Positions 45,379 to 54,880 of a stretch of 64,000 bases of DNA are shown piece after piece. The DNA is taken from contig CAVSGI010000010.1 in assembly GCA_963727445.1 (NCBI GenBank), positions 128,001 through 192,000 of the forward strand, written 5' to 3'. The notes under the pieces are model-generated. The model had not been told where the DNA came from. It searched no databases and saw only the letters and a list, made by a program, of their open reading frames with translations. The stretch comes from an uncultured delta proteobacterium. GTDB lineage: Bacteria > Myxococcota_A > Polyangia > Polyangiales > B10-G4. Made by a program: the position numbers and the translations under genes. Each line of letters opens with the position of its first letter. Within the stretch, counting starts at the first letter, position 1.

Positions 45379-46718
45379 GCCGGGACGTGATCGGTCGTCG
45401 GGGCCGAACCTGACGCGCCGCCGCGCAAGAGCAGATAGCTGCCGCCGATGACGGTGGTCGCGAAGAAGGCGATCAGGAACGCCAGCAGGCTCCCTCTCCA
45501 CGAAGACCGACGCGTCGCCGGCGTCGGGCGCTCGATCTTGGTCGTGTCCCGTCGTTGCACGATGCCGCTCCTGGAGCGATCCGCCTCTTCTTCGCGGCTG
45601 GGCAGCTTTTCGAAGAGCCGATGCGAGGGCGGCGTCGGCGAGGAGAGCGCGCTCCTCACCAACTGGCGTTGTTTGTCCTTGCGGCTCGCGAAGATGCGGC
45701 CCATCAGATTGGAGAGCTCCGGCACGCTCACGGCGTCACCTCTGAGGGCGAAGAGACGCGTGAGCGCCTGTCCCAACTCACGAGCCGAGCCGTAGCGCTC
45801 CGCCCGCTGCGGCCGGAGCGCACGATCGATGATCGCGTCCAGCTCCGGGGGCACGTCGTTGTACATGTCCGACAGGCGCGGGACGTGGCGGCGCTGAACG
45901 GCCATGACGGTCTCGCTCTGATTGCGCCGCCGGAAGAGCTTCTGACCGGCCACCAGCTCCCAGAGCACGACGCCGAGCGCCCACACGTCAGCTCGGCGAT
46001 CGATCTCTTCTCCTCGGAGCTGCTCCGGCGCCATGTAGGCGAACTTGCCCTTCACCATACCGACCGCCGTCTCGTGGATGCGGTTTTCGGCCTTGGCGAT
46101 GCCGAAGTCGACCACCTTGACGATGCCGTCGTAGCCGACGAAGAGGTTCTGAGGCGAGACGTCGCGGTGGACCACGTGCAGGGGCTCGCCCGCTTCGGTC
46201 TCGAGCTCGTGCGCGGCGTGCAGCCCCTCGCAGGCATCGGCGATGATGCGCGCGGCGAGGCCCGGGGGCAGGCGCCCCATCTGGCGCGCCATCTTGCTGA
46301 GCGACTCGCCCGAGAGGTACTCCATCGTCATGTAGTACGTCCCGTCCACCTCGCCGAAGTCCTCCACCGAGCACACGTTCGGGTGACGGATCCGCGCGGC
46401 GATGCGGGCCTCGTCCAAGAACATGTCGATGAAGTCGGACTCGTGAGCGAGGTGCGGGTGGATACGCTTGATGGCGACCGGACGCCCGAAGCCGGAGGCG
46501 CCGCGTGCCACCGCGAGGTACACGGTCGCCATCCCGCCGCTCGCCAGCGCGAAGCGCAGCACGTAGCGACCGAGCTTCTCGTCGTGCGTCGGCACCGGGA
46601 TCGGTGCCGGCGTCCCGGCCACGGAGTTGGTGTTCTCGTCGAAGGTCGCCTGGGCGGCTGTCACGTCCCGTCCAGGATGTGTCGTTTCGGGGCTGAGTCC
46701 TGTCGGGGCAAGCCCCAC
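45372..46718 (-). CDS. Membrane-anchored Ser/Thr protein kinase
   Basis: ASGGMATVY, VAIKR, HRDVSPQN, DFG, GKFAYMAPE, ADVWALG, C-terminal TM. True start may be GTG near 46664. Confidence 0.92.
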   Translation of the reverse strand: MGLAPTGLSPETTHPGRDVTAAQATFDENTNSVAGTPAPIPVPTHDEKLGRYVLRFALASGGMATVYLAVARGASGFGRPVAIKRIHPHLAHESDFIDMFLDEARIAARIRHPNVCSVEDFGEVDGTYYMTMEYLSGESLSKMARQMGRLPPGLAARIIADACEGLHAAHELETEAGEPLHVVHRDVSPQNLFVGYDGIVKVVDFGIAKAENRIHETAVGMVKGKFAYMAPEQLRGEEIDRRADVWALGVVLWELVAGQKLFRRRNQSETVMAVQRRHVPRLSDMYNDVPPELDAIIDRALRPQRAERYGSARELGQALTRLFALRGDAVSVPELSNLMGRIFASRKDKQRQLVRSALSSPTPPSHRLFEKLPSREEEADRSRSGIVQRRDTTKIERPTPATRRSSWRGSLLAFLIAFFATTVIGGSYLLLRGGASGSAPTTDHVPAH

Positions 46719-46739
46719 AACCGAGAAAAAGATCGGGGT

Positions 46740-47288
46740 CTACTTGAGGATGCCCACGTCCAGCGCGAGTCGGACGAGGTCGGCCCGGGTCTTGAGGCCG
46801 AGCTTGTCGCCGATGCGGGCCTTGTACGTCTCCACCGTCTTCACGCTCAGCCCCAGCGTCTCAGCGATCTCGCGCTGGGTCTCGCCGAGCGCGAGGCGCT
46901 CGAAGACCTCGCGCTCGCGCTTCGAGAGCACGTCGAGGGGCGTGGTGTCGGGTGCGTCGAGACGCGGCATCGGTTTGGTGGCCGCGGGGATCCCGGTGTC
47001 ACGCGAGCGGGGCTCGAGGAGGGTCAGCGCTTCGGTTCCGATCTCGATGCGATCACCCGGTGAGATCTCGACCTCGCCGTAGACGCGCTCGCCGTTCACC
47101 CGAACGCCGTTGCGGCTGCCATGGTCGAGGAGGAGCACGCGACTCTCCTCGACGCGCAGGCTCGCGTGCCGCCGCGAGATCGATTCGTCCTTGAGACGGA
47201 TCTCGCAGAGTGGGTCACGACCAATCCGAAAGAGGCCGGGCCCCAGGACGATCCGGTTTCCTCCGATCTCGACGGCGAAGCGTTCCAC
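46740..47288 (-). CDS. FHA domain plus LuxR-type HTH transcriptional regulator
   Basis: FHA motifs IGR, ISRRHA, SRNG; LuxR motif LSKREREVF...[16 protein letters not shown]. Confidence 0.9.
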   Translation of the reverse strand: MERFAVEIGGNRIVLGPGLFRIGRDPLCEIRLKDESISRRHASLRVEESRVLLLDHGSRNGVRVNGERVYGEVEISPGDRIEIGTEALTLLEPRSRDTGIPAATKPMPRLDAPDTTPLDVLSKREREVFERLALGETQREIAETLGLSVKTVETYKARIGDKLGLKTRADLVRLALDVGILK

Positions 47289-47357
47289 GCATCGATTCTA
47301 ACCCGCGGAGCAAAAGAGGATCGACAAGCGATCCGAACTCTGATCTAAGAGACGTGA

Positions 47358-49658
47358 ATGAGGCCCGCGGCCGAGACGTACCCCTCGCGAAGCGAGCGTC
47401 CCACGGGGCGCCTCACGCTCTTCCGCGACCGCGCCGTGGTCCTCGACGCCTCGGACGCTTGGGTGGACGAGGAGGTCGCCCTGGCGAGCCTCTCCTTCGA
47501 CTACGGGACCTTCGTGGTCTCCGCTGCGGACGCCGACTCCGGGGTCTTCCTCGCCGGCCCCGAGGGGGCGCGCTTCGGCGCGCGCGATGGTGAGGCCGAG
47601 AACGAAATCCGGAAGACCCTGGAGAGTCATGGGCTGGTGGATCTCGAGTGTCTCGACCGACTCGCCGTCTCTCCCGACTCGCCCGCGAGCTACCTCGTCT
47701 GCTACGAGGGCGACGTTCACGACTTCTGCGACTTCGAGGCGCGGGTGGTGCCGGAGCTGTGCGCGCGCGGCATCGAGGTCACCCTCGACGACGAATACCC
47801 GTGGCGTGTGGTCGCGCGCGACCCTGCGCTCTACGCGCAGCTCGACAGCCCCTCGAATCGGCCGGACTGGTTCGCCCTCGAGCTCGGGGTGGAGCTCGAT
47901 GGACAGCGGGTCAATCTGGTTCCGGCGCTGCTGTCGCTCCTCGAGGGCTCGAGCGCGCGGAGCTTCTCGGCGCTCTGCCGGCGACCGCTTCGCGAGATCG
48001 CCCTGCCGGTGGGGCCGCGGCGCTGGGTGACGGTGCCGAAAGAGAAGCTGGGCGCGATCCTCGAGGTCGTGGTGGAGCTTCATCAGGGCAGCGCCGGCGA
48101 GCGCGAGCTGTTGACCTTCGGCCCGCTCTCGGCGCACGCACTGGGCCGACTGCCCGAGGGGATGAACCGCCGCTTCAGCCGCTCCGTCCCCGAGACCCTG
48201 CCGCCGCCGCCGCCGGCCTCGGAGGCGCGGCCGGTCGAAGCGCCGCTCGGCCTCCGCGCGACGCTGCGTCCCTATCAGGCCGAGGGCCTCGCGTGGCTGC
48301 AGAGCCTCACGCGACGCGGGGTCGGCGGCGTGCTCGCCGACGACATGGGGCTCGGCAAGACGCTGCAGACCATCGCGCACCTGCTCACCGAGAAGAGCTC
48401 GGGGCGCATGACGGCGCCCTCGCTGGTGATCGCGCCCACGAGCCTGGTCGGCACCTGGCGGCGGGAGATCGCGCGCTTCGCGCCCGCCCTCTCGATCGTC
48501 GTCGTCCACGGCCCCCGGCGGAGCGACGCTCTCGAGCAGATGGCGGGCGCGGACGTGGTGATCACCACCTATCCGATCCTGGTGCGCGAGGAGGAGGCGC
48601 TCACCGCGCAGCGATTCCACCTGGTCATCCTCGACGAAGCCCACAGCATCAAGAACGTTCGGAGCCGCGCCCACCAGGTGGCGTGCCAGCTCGAGAGCGA
48701 GCACCGCCTCTGCCTCACCGGGACGCCGATGGAGAACAACCTCGGCGAGCTCTGGGCGATCCTCGACTTCTCGAACCCCGGCATGCTCGGTGACGAGCTC
48801 GCCTTCCGCCGCTGGTATCGCAAGCCCATCGAAGAGCAGGGCGACGAGACCCGCCTCGCCGCCCTCAAGAGCCAGGTGAGCCCGTTCCTTCTGCGGCGCA
48901 TCAAGTCGGAGGTCGCCAAGGACCTGCCGGAAAAGACGCAGCTCCGCGTGCCTGTCGAGCTCACGGGTCGGCAGCGCGACCTCTACGAGAGCATCCGGGT
49001 GGCGGCACACAAGGACGTGCGGAACGCCATCCGGGAGCGCGGGATCCGCGGCTCGACCATCTCGATCCTCGACGCGCTGATGAAGCTCCGGCAGGTCTGC
49101 TGCGATCCGCAGCTCTGCCGAATGGACGCCGCGCGCGCGGTGCATCGTTCGGCGAAGACCGAAGCGTTCTTCTCGCTCCTCGAGAGCCAGCTCGCCGACG
49201 GCCACCGGGTGCTGGTCTTCTCGCAGTTCACCTCGATGCTGAAGATCCTGGCCCGGGGCCTGCGCAAGCGAAAGCTGAAGTACCTCGCGCTCACCGGTTC
49301 GACGCGTCATCGCCAGTCGGTGGTGGACGCCTTCGAGGCGGGCGAGGCGAACGTCTTTCTGATCAGCCTCAAGGCGGGTGGCTGTGGGCTCACGCTCACC
49401 AGCGCCGACACGGTGATCCACTACGACCAGTGGTGGAACCCGGCTGCGCAGGACCAGGCGACGGATCGCGCGTATCGCATCGGCCAGGACAAGCCGGTCT
49501 TCGTCCACGAGCTCTACGTCGCGGGCAGCGTCGAGGAGCGCATGATCGAGCTGCAGGATCGCAAGCGGCGGCTGGCCGACGCCATCCTCGGCGAAGGTCC
49601 GCGCGCGCCGCTCGGCGAGGACGAGGTCGAGTACCTCCTCGCGCCGCTCTCGGTCTGA
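47358..49658 (+). CDS. SNF2/RAD54-family helicase-like ATPase
   Basis: LRPYQ, LADDMGLGKT, DEAH, TGTPMENN, LRQVCC, FSQF, SLKAGG.GLTL, QATDRAYRIGQ. Confidence 0.95.
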   Translation: MRPAAETYPSRSERPTGRLTLFRDRAVVLDASDAWVDEEVALASLSFDYGTFVVSAADADSGVFLAGPEGARFGARDGEAENEIRKTLESHGLVDLECLDRLAVSPDSPASYLVCYEGDVHDFCDFEARVVPELCARGIEVTLDDEYPWRVVARDPALYAQLDSPSNRPDWFALELGVELDGQRVNLVPALLSLLEGSSARSFSALCRRPLREIALPVGPRRWVTVPKEKLGAILEVVVELHQGSAGERELLTFGPLSAHALGRLPEGMNRRFSRSVPETLPPPPPASEARPVEAPLGLRATLRPYQAEGLAWLQSLTRRGVGGVLADDMGLGKTLQTIAHLLTEKSSGRMTAPSLVIAPTSLVGTWRREIARFAPALSIVVVHGPRRSDALEQMAGADVVITTYPILVREEEALTAQRFHLVILDEAHSIKNVRSRAHQVACQLESEHRLCLTGTPMENNLGELWAILDFSNPGMLGDELAFRRWYRKPIEEQGDETRLAALKSQVSPFLLRRIKSEVAKDLPEKTQLRVPVELTGRQRDLYESIRVAAHKDVRNAIRERGIRGSTISILDALMKLRQVCCDPQLCRMDAARAVHRSAKTEAFFSLLESQLADGHRVLVFSQFTSMLKILARGLRKRKLKYLALTGSTRHRQSVVDAFEAGEANVFLISLKAGGCGLTLTSADTVIHYDQWWNPAAQDQATDRAYRIGQDKPVFVHELYVAGSVEERMIELQDRKRRLADAILGEGPRAPLGEDEVEYLLAPLSV

Positions 49659-49670
49659 GGCGCCAGCCGC

Positions 49671-50288
49671 TCAGCGATAGCGGTGGGGATACATCACGGC
49701 CTCCCACACCTCGGAGAGGTTCGCCGGGCTGCGCTCAGCCGAAGGCTCGCTGGCTTCGCCGCCCGGCGCGGGCCAGCGAATGGGTGCGGCCGCGCCATCG
49801 ACGCGCCGTCGATCGGTCTCGAGCCAGAGGTGCACCTCGCGGGGCGAGGCAGCGGAGGCGTCGCCGCCGGGGTCGATGTGGGCCCCGGTGAGCGCCGCGA
49901 CCAGGCGCGGGAGGCGGGTCTCTTCGACGGGCGACAGGCGCACCTCGGTGTCGGTCGCCGAGACCTCGCAGGCGACCGAGGCGCGGCCCTCCCGCGCACC
50001 TTCGGGCTCGACGCGGAGGGCGTAGAGGGCGCAGGTGGGATCGCCGCCGGTGCCGGCGTCGAAGCGGATGAGCGCGCGGAGCTCCTTCAGTCGCTCTCCG
50101 CCGGCGAGCTCGATGGCAGCGCTCGTTTCGGTCGGGGCCTCGGAGGCCGTCCGCTCCTCGCCGGTCGCGGGCTCGGCGCCGAAGGCCGCGATGTCCTCGT
50201 CGCTCAGGGTGCGCCGGCGGGCGGTCTCGGTGCTGCCGCCGCATGCCAGGACGAAGGCCAGAGGGACGAGGAGCAGCAGGGTCCGCAT
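49671..50288 (-). CDS. Hypothetical lipoprotein
   Basis: MRTLLLLVPLAFVLAC lipobox, AAGGGG RBS. Confidence 0.65.
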   Translation of the reverse strand: MRTLLLLVPLAFVLACGGSTETARRRTLSDEDIAAFGAEPATGEERTASEAPTETSAAIELAGGERLKELRALIRFDAGTGGDPTCALYALRVEPEGAREGRASVACEVSATDTEVRLSPVEETRLPRLVAALTGAHIDPGGDASAASPREVHLWLETDRRRVDGAAAPIRWPAPGGEASEPSAERSPANLSEVWEAVMYPHRYR

Positions 50289-50331
50289 GTCCCCTTTTCG
50301 CCGGCCGCCTCGGTGGCCGTCAAGTTCGCCG

Positions 50332-50583
50332 TCAGAGCTCGAGGCGGCAGCGCCGGCAGGTGGTCTTGAGCCCGGCGAAGTGAAAGAGGGGTCCCGAGGC
50401 GAAGACCACCAGCATGAAGCTCGGGATCATGCAGACGTAATCCGCGCTCAAGAAGGGAAAGAGCATCAGGAAGATCCCGAGCACCACGAACCACGCCCGC
50501 CGAGCCCAGACCCACCCCGCCCAGGGACGGTCCACCGGCACGTCCTCAGCACATCTTGGACAGTGCGCCTTCCCCGCTTCCAC
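50332..50583 (-). CDS. Small membrane-associated zinc-ribbon protein (CxxC, hydrophobic hairpin, CxxC)
   Basis: From GTG 50583: HCPRC, two hydrophobic segments, TCRRC. Confidence 0.55.
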   Translation of the reverse strand: MEAGKAHCPRCAEDVPVDRPWAGWVWARRAWFVVLGIFLMLFPFLSADYVCMIPSFMLVVFASGPLFHFAGLKTTCRRCRLEL

Positions 50584-50728
50584 GGTCGGACAGTGGGGTC
50601 GCTGGGGTGGGCGGGCAAGAGTCGTGGGCTCCGGCCCGGAATTCCGTTCGAGCGGACACATTCTTCCCGACCCTGCCGCTGGGGACCGACTCCTGGTAGC
50701 TTCTGCGCCCTGACTCCGCGGAGGAAAC

Positions 50729-51166
50729 ATGAGCATCGACCCTCGTTACTTCACCATCACCGACCTCCTCCTCGGAGCGGTCTACGCCGACGAGCGCCTC
50801 GAAGGCGGCGAGGACGAAGCGGTGCGCAAGCTCCTGCAGGAGGCCATCGGCCAGGACGCGCTCCCGATCGAGATCGAAGCGCGCATCGAGAACTTCGAGG
50901 CAAAGGACTTCGATCTCGCCGAGGCAGCGAAGGCTTTCGAGTCCATCGAAGATCTGGGCAAGCGCAAGCTTCTCGAGCTGGTCGCAGCGGTCTTCGACGC
51001 CGACGGAGAGGTGGACTTCGCCGAGGACGACTACCTCCGCGCGCTCGCCGAGGCGCTGGGGATGGAAGAGTCCGAATGGAACGACCTCGCCCTTCAGTAC
51101 GACGTCGAGGACGCGAGCGCGGTGCTCGACGTCGTCGTTTCGGTTCCGCCGCCAATCCCGGAGTAG
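50729..51166 (+). CDS. TerB-like (tellurite-resistance fold) protein
   Basis: GGAGG RBS. Two 'AD...E' motifs (YADERLEGGE and DADGEVDFAEDDYLRALAEALG). Confidence 0.8.
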   Translation: MSIDPRYFTITDLLLGAVYADERLEGGEDEAVRKLLQEAIGQDALPIEIEARIENFEAKDFDLAEAAKAFESIEDLGKRKLLELVAAVFDADGEVDFAEDDYLRALAEALGMEESEWNDLALQYDVEDASAVLDVVVSVPPPIPE

Positions 51167-51177
51167 AGCACGTCTTG

Positions 51178-51840
51178 TCAGCCGAGCGCTTCCTCCACTG
51201 CGCTCCACCTGTCGCCCACCACTTCGCGGCCGAGCGCCATGACGCTCTGGAAGGCCTCGGGCGGGGCGGCGGCGCGCATGCCGTTCATCATGCCGACCTG
51301 CTCCTGGAGGTTGAGCGCCGGCAGCATGAAGTGCAGCCACTGGGCGAAACGGGGCGGCGCGATGGAGCCCTGGATCGCGCCCGTCAGCGCGATCAGCTGC
51401 TCGTCCGTGTACGCCTGCCACAGGGCGGCGTTCACCAGCGTCTCCTCCTCGTTCATGTGGGCGAGGTGAAGGCCGACGAGCACGTTGTAGCTGCGGCAGA
51501 GCTCCGGGCCGCGCTCGACAGCGAGCTCTGGTGCGGCGTCGGCGAGGGCGGAAACGAGGCGCGTCACACAGGCCGTGGTCTGATCGATCTGCTGATGCGC
51601 CTCCGCGACGCGGCTGGCGAGCTGCGGGTTCGCGTCCGCGAGGCGCGGCCCGACGTGCGTGTCCTCGTGGGCGAGGTGCTCGTCTAGAAAGGAGAGCGTG
51701 TCGCGGAGGTGGGTGAGGGCTTCGTCCTTGTCGCTGGGGTCGGCGAAGTTGCACTCGGACAGAGCGCGCGCGGTGTCGAAGAGGCGGGAGCGAATGGCTT
51801 TGTGAACGGCGGTGTAGACGTCGTGGCGAGGCGTGGTCAT
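51178..51840 (-). CDS. Hemerythrin-like (HHE cation-binding) protein
   Basis: VHKAIR, HLAHED, EAH, HMNEEE metal-ligand pattern; AAGGAG RBS. Confidence 0.8.
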   Translation of the reverse strand: MTTPRHDVYTAVHKAIRSRLFDTARALSECNFADPSDKDEALTHLRDTLSFLDEHLAHEDTHVGPRLADANPQLASRVAEAHQQIDQTTACVTRLVSALADAAPELAVERGPELCRSYNVLVGLHLAHMNEEETLVNAALWQAYTDEQLIALTGAIQGSIAPPRFAQWLHFMLPALNLQEQVGMMNGMRAAAPPEAFQSVMALGREVVGDRWSAVEEALG

Positions 51841-51896
51841 GACGGGGCTCCTTTTCGGGTTGGTTCTGCCAACCTAGAACCTCGCGAAGGACCGCG

Positions 51897-51935
51897 TTCC
51901 TAGGAGTTCCCTAGGCTTTTCCTATTTCTTTCCTA
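51897..51935. promoter_or_regulatory. Four phased T(T/C)CCTA boxes with 11-bp period in a divergent promoter region
   Basis: CCTA at 51899, 51910, 51921 and 51932. Confidence 0.65.
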
Positions 51936-51976
51936 ACTCCGTCCGCGACCTCATCGGTCCGGGCTAAGTTCTGCCG

Positions 51977-52443
51977 ATGGGAAGGTTCGCGCTCGACCCG
52001 GAGGCCGCCGCGCTCCTCGACACGGGCGTCGCCCTCGTCATCGGCACCGCGAACGCCGCGCGCGTGCCCGAGATCTGTCGTGGGTGGGGGCCGCGATGGA
52101 ACGCCGGGGAGGGAGCCCTCGAGGCGCTCCTGCCGTTGCCCGCTGCGGAGCGCACGATCCGCAACCTGAGCGAGGCGCCCTCCATCGCGCTCACCTTCTC
52201 CACGCCGACCGACTACTCCGCGTATCAGCTCAAGGGGGACTGTGCGGCGCTCCTGGAGCCGGAGGCGCACCATTGGCGGCGTGCGCGCCACCACTTCGAC
52301 GCCTTCTTGATCGAAGCCGCTTCGGTCGGGCTCGCCCCCAGGCCTACGCGCCGTGGTTTCCCGCCGAGGGGCGCTTGGTGATCGTCCGGATCGACGCGGC
52401 CTTCTGCCAGACGCCGGGCCCCAGAGCCGGAGTTGCTTTGTGA
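51977..52443 (+). CDS. Pyridoxamine-5'-phosphate-oxidase-like (FMN split-barrel) protein, frameshift in a C-run at about 52340
   Basis: 'GTANAARVPEICRGWG', 'IALTFS.P..Y..YQLKG'. C-terminus 'FCQTPGPRAG' lies in the frame ending at 52443. Confidence 0.7.
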
Positions 52444-53777
52444 CGGTGAAGAGCGAGCTCGACGTCCCGCTCCGAGCTCTCGACCCCTGCTTCGAGGGCG
52501 GCGTGCCCGCGACCCTCTGCACCTGCTCCGCCGGCGGCGTGCCGAACCTCAGCTTCCTGTCTGTCGTCCACCGCGTCGACGACCGCCACGTGGCGCTGTC
52601 GTTCCAATACTTCCGGAAGACCAAGAAGAACCTGGAGCAGAACCCCCGCGCGCGACTGCTGGTCATCGAGCCGAGCACGGCCATCGAGTACGGGCTGAGC
52701 ATCGAGTACGAGCGGACCGAGTCCGAGGGGCCGACCTTCGACCGGCTCGCGGCGAGCCTCGCGGCCATCGCCTCGCAGACGGGGATGGAGGACCGCTTCG
52801 TGCTCCGCGGCGCGGACATCTACCGCGTGACCGCCTGCGAACGCTGCGACAACGGCGTGAACGCGAGCCTGCCCGTGCCCTCGCTGGATCGGCTCTCGCG
52901 CCTCAGCACTGCGACGGCTGTGATGGCGAGCGCCGGCGACCTCGACGAGCTCCTCGAGCGCACCCTGAGTGAGCTCGAGGGGCTCGGCTTTCCGCACAGC
53001 TTCCTCATGGCGGTCGACGAGGAGGCGGGGACGCTCTTCTCGATCGCGAGCCATGGCTACTCGCCCTCCGGCGTGGGCGCCGAGATCGAGATGGGCGAGG
53101 GGCTCATCGGGACCGCCGCCAAGACGCGGCTCCCGGTGCGCGTCGCGAACATGAGCCGCGTGCGGATCTTCGCCGAGACGGTGCGCGGGCAGGAGGGTGA
53201 GGCGGAGCGCCGGATCGCGCTCCCGGGTCTGGATGGCATGGAGAGCGAGATCGTGATGCCGATCGTGATGCGTGACCGGCTCCTCGGCGTGCTGTGTCTC
53301 CAGAGCCGGAGCCACGCGGCCTTCGGCCGCGTGGACGAGGACCTTCTCGGCGTCGTCGTCCATCAGCTGGCGAGCGGGATGGTGCGCTTCGCCGAGGACG
53401 GATCCGCCGACCAAAGCGCATCGACCGCCGCCGAAGTGACGGCCTCACCGGACGCGCTGAGGGTGCGCCACTACGCCGAGGACGACAGCGTCTTCGTCGA
53501 CAACGAGTACCTGATCAAAGGCGTCGCTGGGCGCATCCTCTACCTGCTCCTGTCGGCCCATGCGAACGAGGGCCGCCGCGAGTTCACCAACCGCGAGCTA
53601 CGCCTCGACCCCCGCCTCGGCCTGCCGCCCCTCAAGGACAACCTCGAGACGCGCCTCATCATGCTCCGCCGCCGCCTCGCCGACCGCTGCCCCGCGATCG
53701 TCATGAAGCGCACCGGCCGCGGCCGCTTCGAGCTCCGGGTCACGGGCGAGCTCGAGCTCGAGAGCGGGAGATCGTGA
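52440..53777 (+). CDS. PNPOx-like + GAF + C-terminal winged-helix putative transcriptional regulator
   Basis: GTG 52440 overlaps the upstream stop. 'GVPNLSFLS...VALSFQYF.KT..N', GAF 'GEGLIG...PIV...LLGVLCLQS', C-terminal 'FTNRELRLD...DNLETRL..LRRRL...GRGRF'. Confidence 0.8.
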   Translation: MTVKSELDVPLRALDPCFEGGVPATLCTCSAGGVPNLSFLSVVHRVDDRHVALSFQYFRKTKKNLEQNPRARLLVIEPSTAIEYGLSIEYERTESEGPTFDRLAASLAAIASQTGMEDRFVLRGADIYRVTACERCDNGVNASLPVPSLDRLSRLSTATAVMASAGDLDELLERTLSELEGLGFPHSFLMAVDEEAGTLFSIASHGYSPSGVGAEIEMGEGLIGTAAKTRLPVRVANMSRVRIFAETVRGQEGEAERRIALPGLDGMESEIVMPIVMRDRLLGVLCLQSRSHAAFGRVDEDLLGVVVHQLASGMVRFAEDGSADQSASTAAEVTASPDALRVRHYAEDDSVFVDNEYLIKGVAGRILYLLLSAHANEGRREFTNRELRLDPRLGLPPLKDNLETRLIMLRRRLADRCPAIVMKRTGRGRFELRVTGELELESGRS

Positions 53778-53798
53778 GCGGCAGGCCCGCGCGGCGAG

Positions 53799-54381
53799 TC
53801 ACCGATCCCGCGGCCCCTTGCCGGCCAGGATCATCGGCACGTACTCGTCGACACGCTTTTCGCGGGTGGCGGACTGCTTGGCGCTCGAGAATCAGCAGGT
53901 GGTAGGCGCGCTGGCGGCCCGGGGTGAGCTTTGCGAAGGCCTTGCGGAGCTTCGCGCTGCCGTCGAGGCGCGCCTTCAGCTCGGGGACCAGCACGAGGGC
54001 GTCTCGGTCGGGAAGCGGCGTGCCCGCCTTCTCCACTTTCACGGCCTGGCGGACGAGGTCGCGGACGGTTCGCTCCATCTTCTTCACGTCGTCGACGCTG
54101 CGGAAGCAGACGCGGCGCGAGGCGTGGGTGTTGTCCCCCTGGGACTCGAGGACGCCCTTCTTCGCCTTCAGGAGCACGCCCTTGAAGAACATGAGGGCGA
54201 GGAAGTCGCGGAAGGGCTGGATGAGCGCGACGTTGTTGCCGTCGTGGGTGTAGCAGGGCTTGCCCCACTTCACCTCTTCACCCAAGCCGCAGTCGAGGAG
54301 GTAGGCGCGGAGCACCTCGGACTCGTCGCGCCAGCGCTTTCGGTCGTCGAGCCAGGCGTCGACGTCGCAGTAGCTCTTCAT
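53799..54381 (-). CDS. YdeI/OmpD-associated (DUF1801) family protein, frameshift at about 53891
   Basis: EEVKWGKPCY, LMFFKG.LL, LTPGRQRAY. GAATC to GATC repair gives ISSAKQSATREKRV...GKGPRDR* ending at 53799. Confidence 0.88.
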
Positions 54382-54525
54382 GGGCTCACGATTAGCATGC
54401 CGGCGCCTCGCCGCCAGACCAGTGCGCAGCGCCGAGCGCTTGGCGGCGGGCTACGGTCCTGATCGGGACGAGAGCCCGTCATTCAGCAGTTGACGAGTCA
54501 TGGCCCGGCGGGTCACCGTCGGGCA

Positions 54526-54826
54526 ATGGGTGGGAAGAAGAGGTTGGGCGTCGGGGGACGCGTCCTGAATTTCGCGGTGAGCGGTGCCCTCCTCGTGGGC
54601 GCCGCCGGCACCGCGGGTTGCGACGACGAGCCCGCGCCGAACGAGTACATCGATCACGAGCCCGAGCCGAACATGCCCGCGCCCGAATCCAGAGCCCACA
54701 CCCGAGACGACCTCGAACCCGGTGGCGCCCGAAGAGGTGCGCGAGGTCCGGATGAACCAGCGGCCCCCGCCCACGATGGAGGTGGACGATGGGCCGGGGG
54801 TGAACAACCCCCCCGCCGAAGAGTAG
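54526..54826 (+). CDS. Small Pro/Glu-rich lipoprotein, frameshift at about 54687
   Basis: Signal ending TAGC. GAATC to GATC repair joins to ...PDPEPTPETTSNPVAPEE...NNPPAEE*. Confidence 0.55.
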
Positions 54827-54880
54827 GGCTCTGGCGCATCGGTAGTCGGCGGTGGCGGCTCGCGCGTCGAAGCTGAAATC

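Noticed and set aside
47358..51166. SNF2 helicase plus TerB-like gene as an anti-phage defence island
   Set aside because: No methyltransferase, nuclease, PglZ or other defence partner nearby. Stand-alone SNF2 and TerB-fold genes are common.
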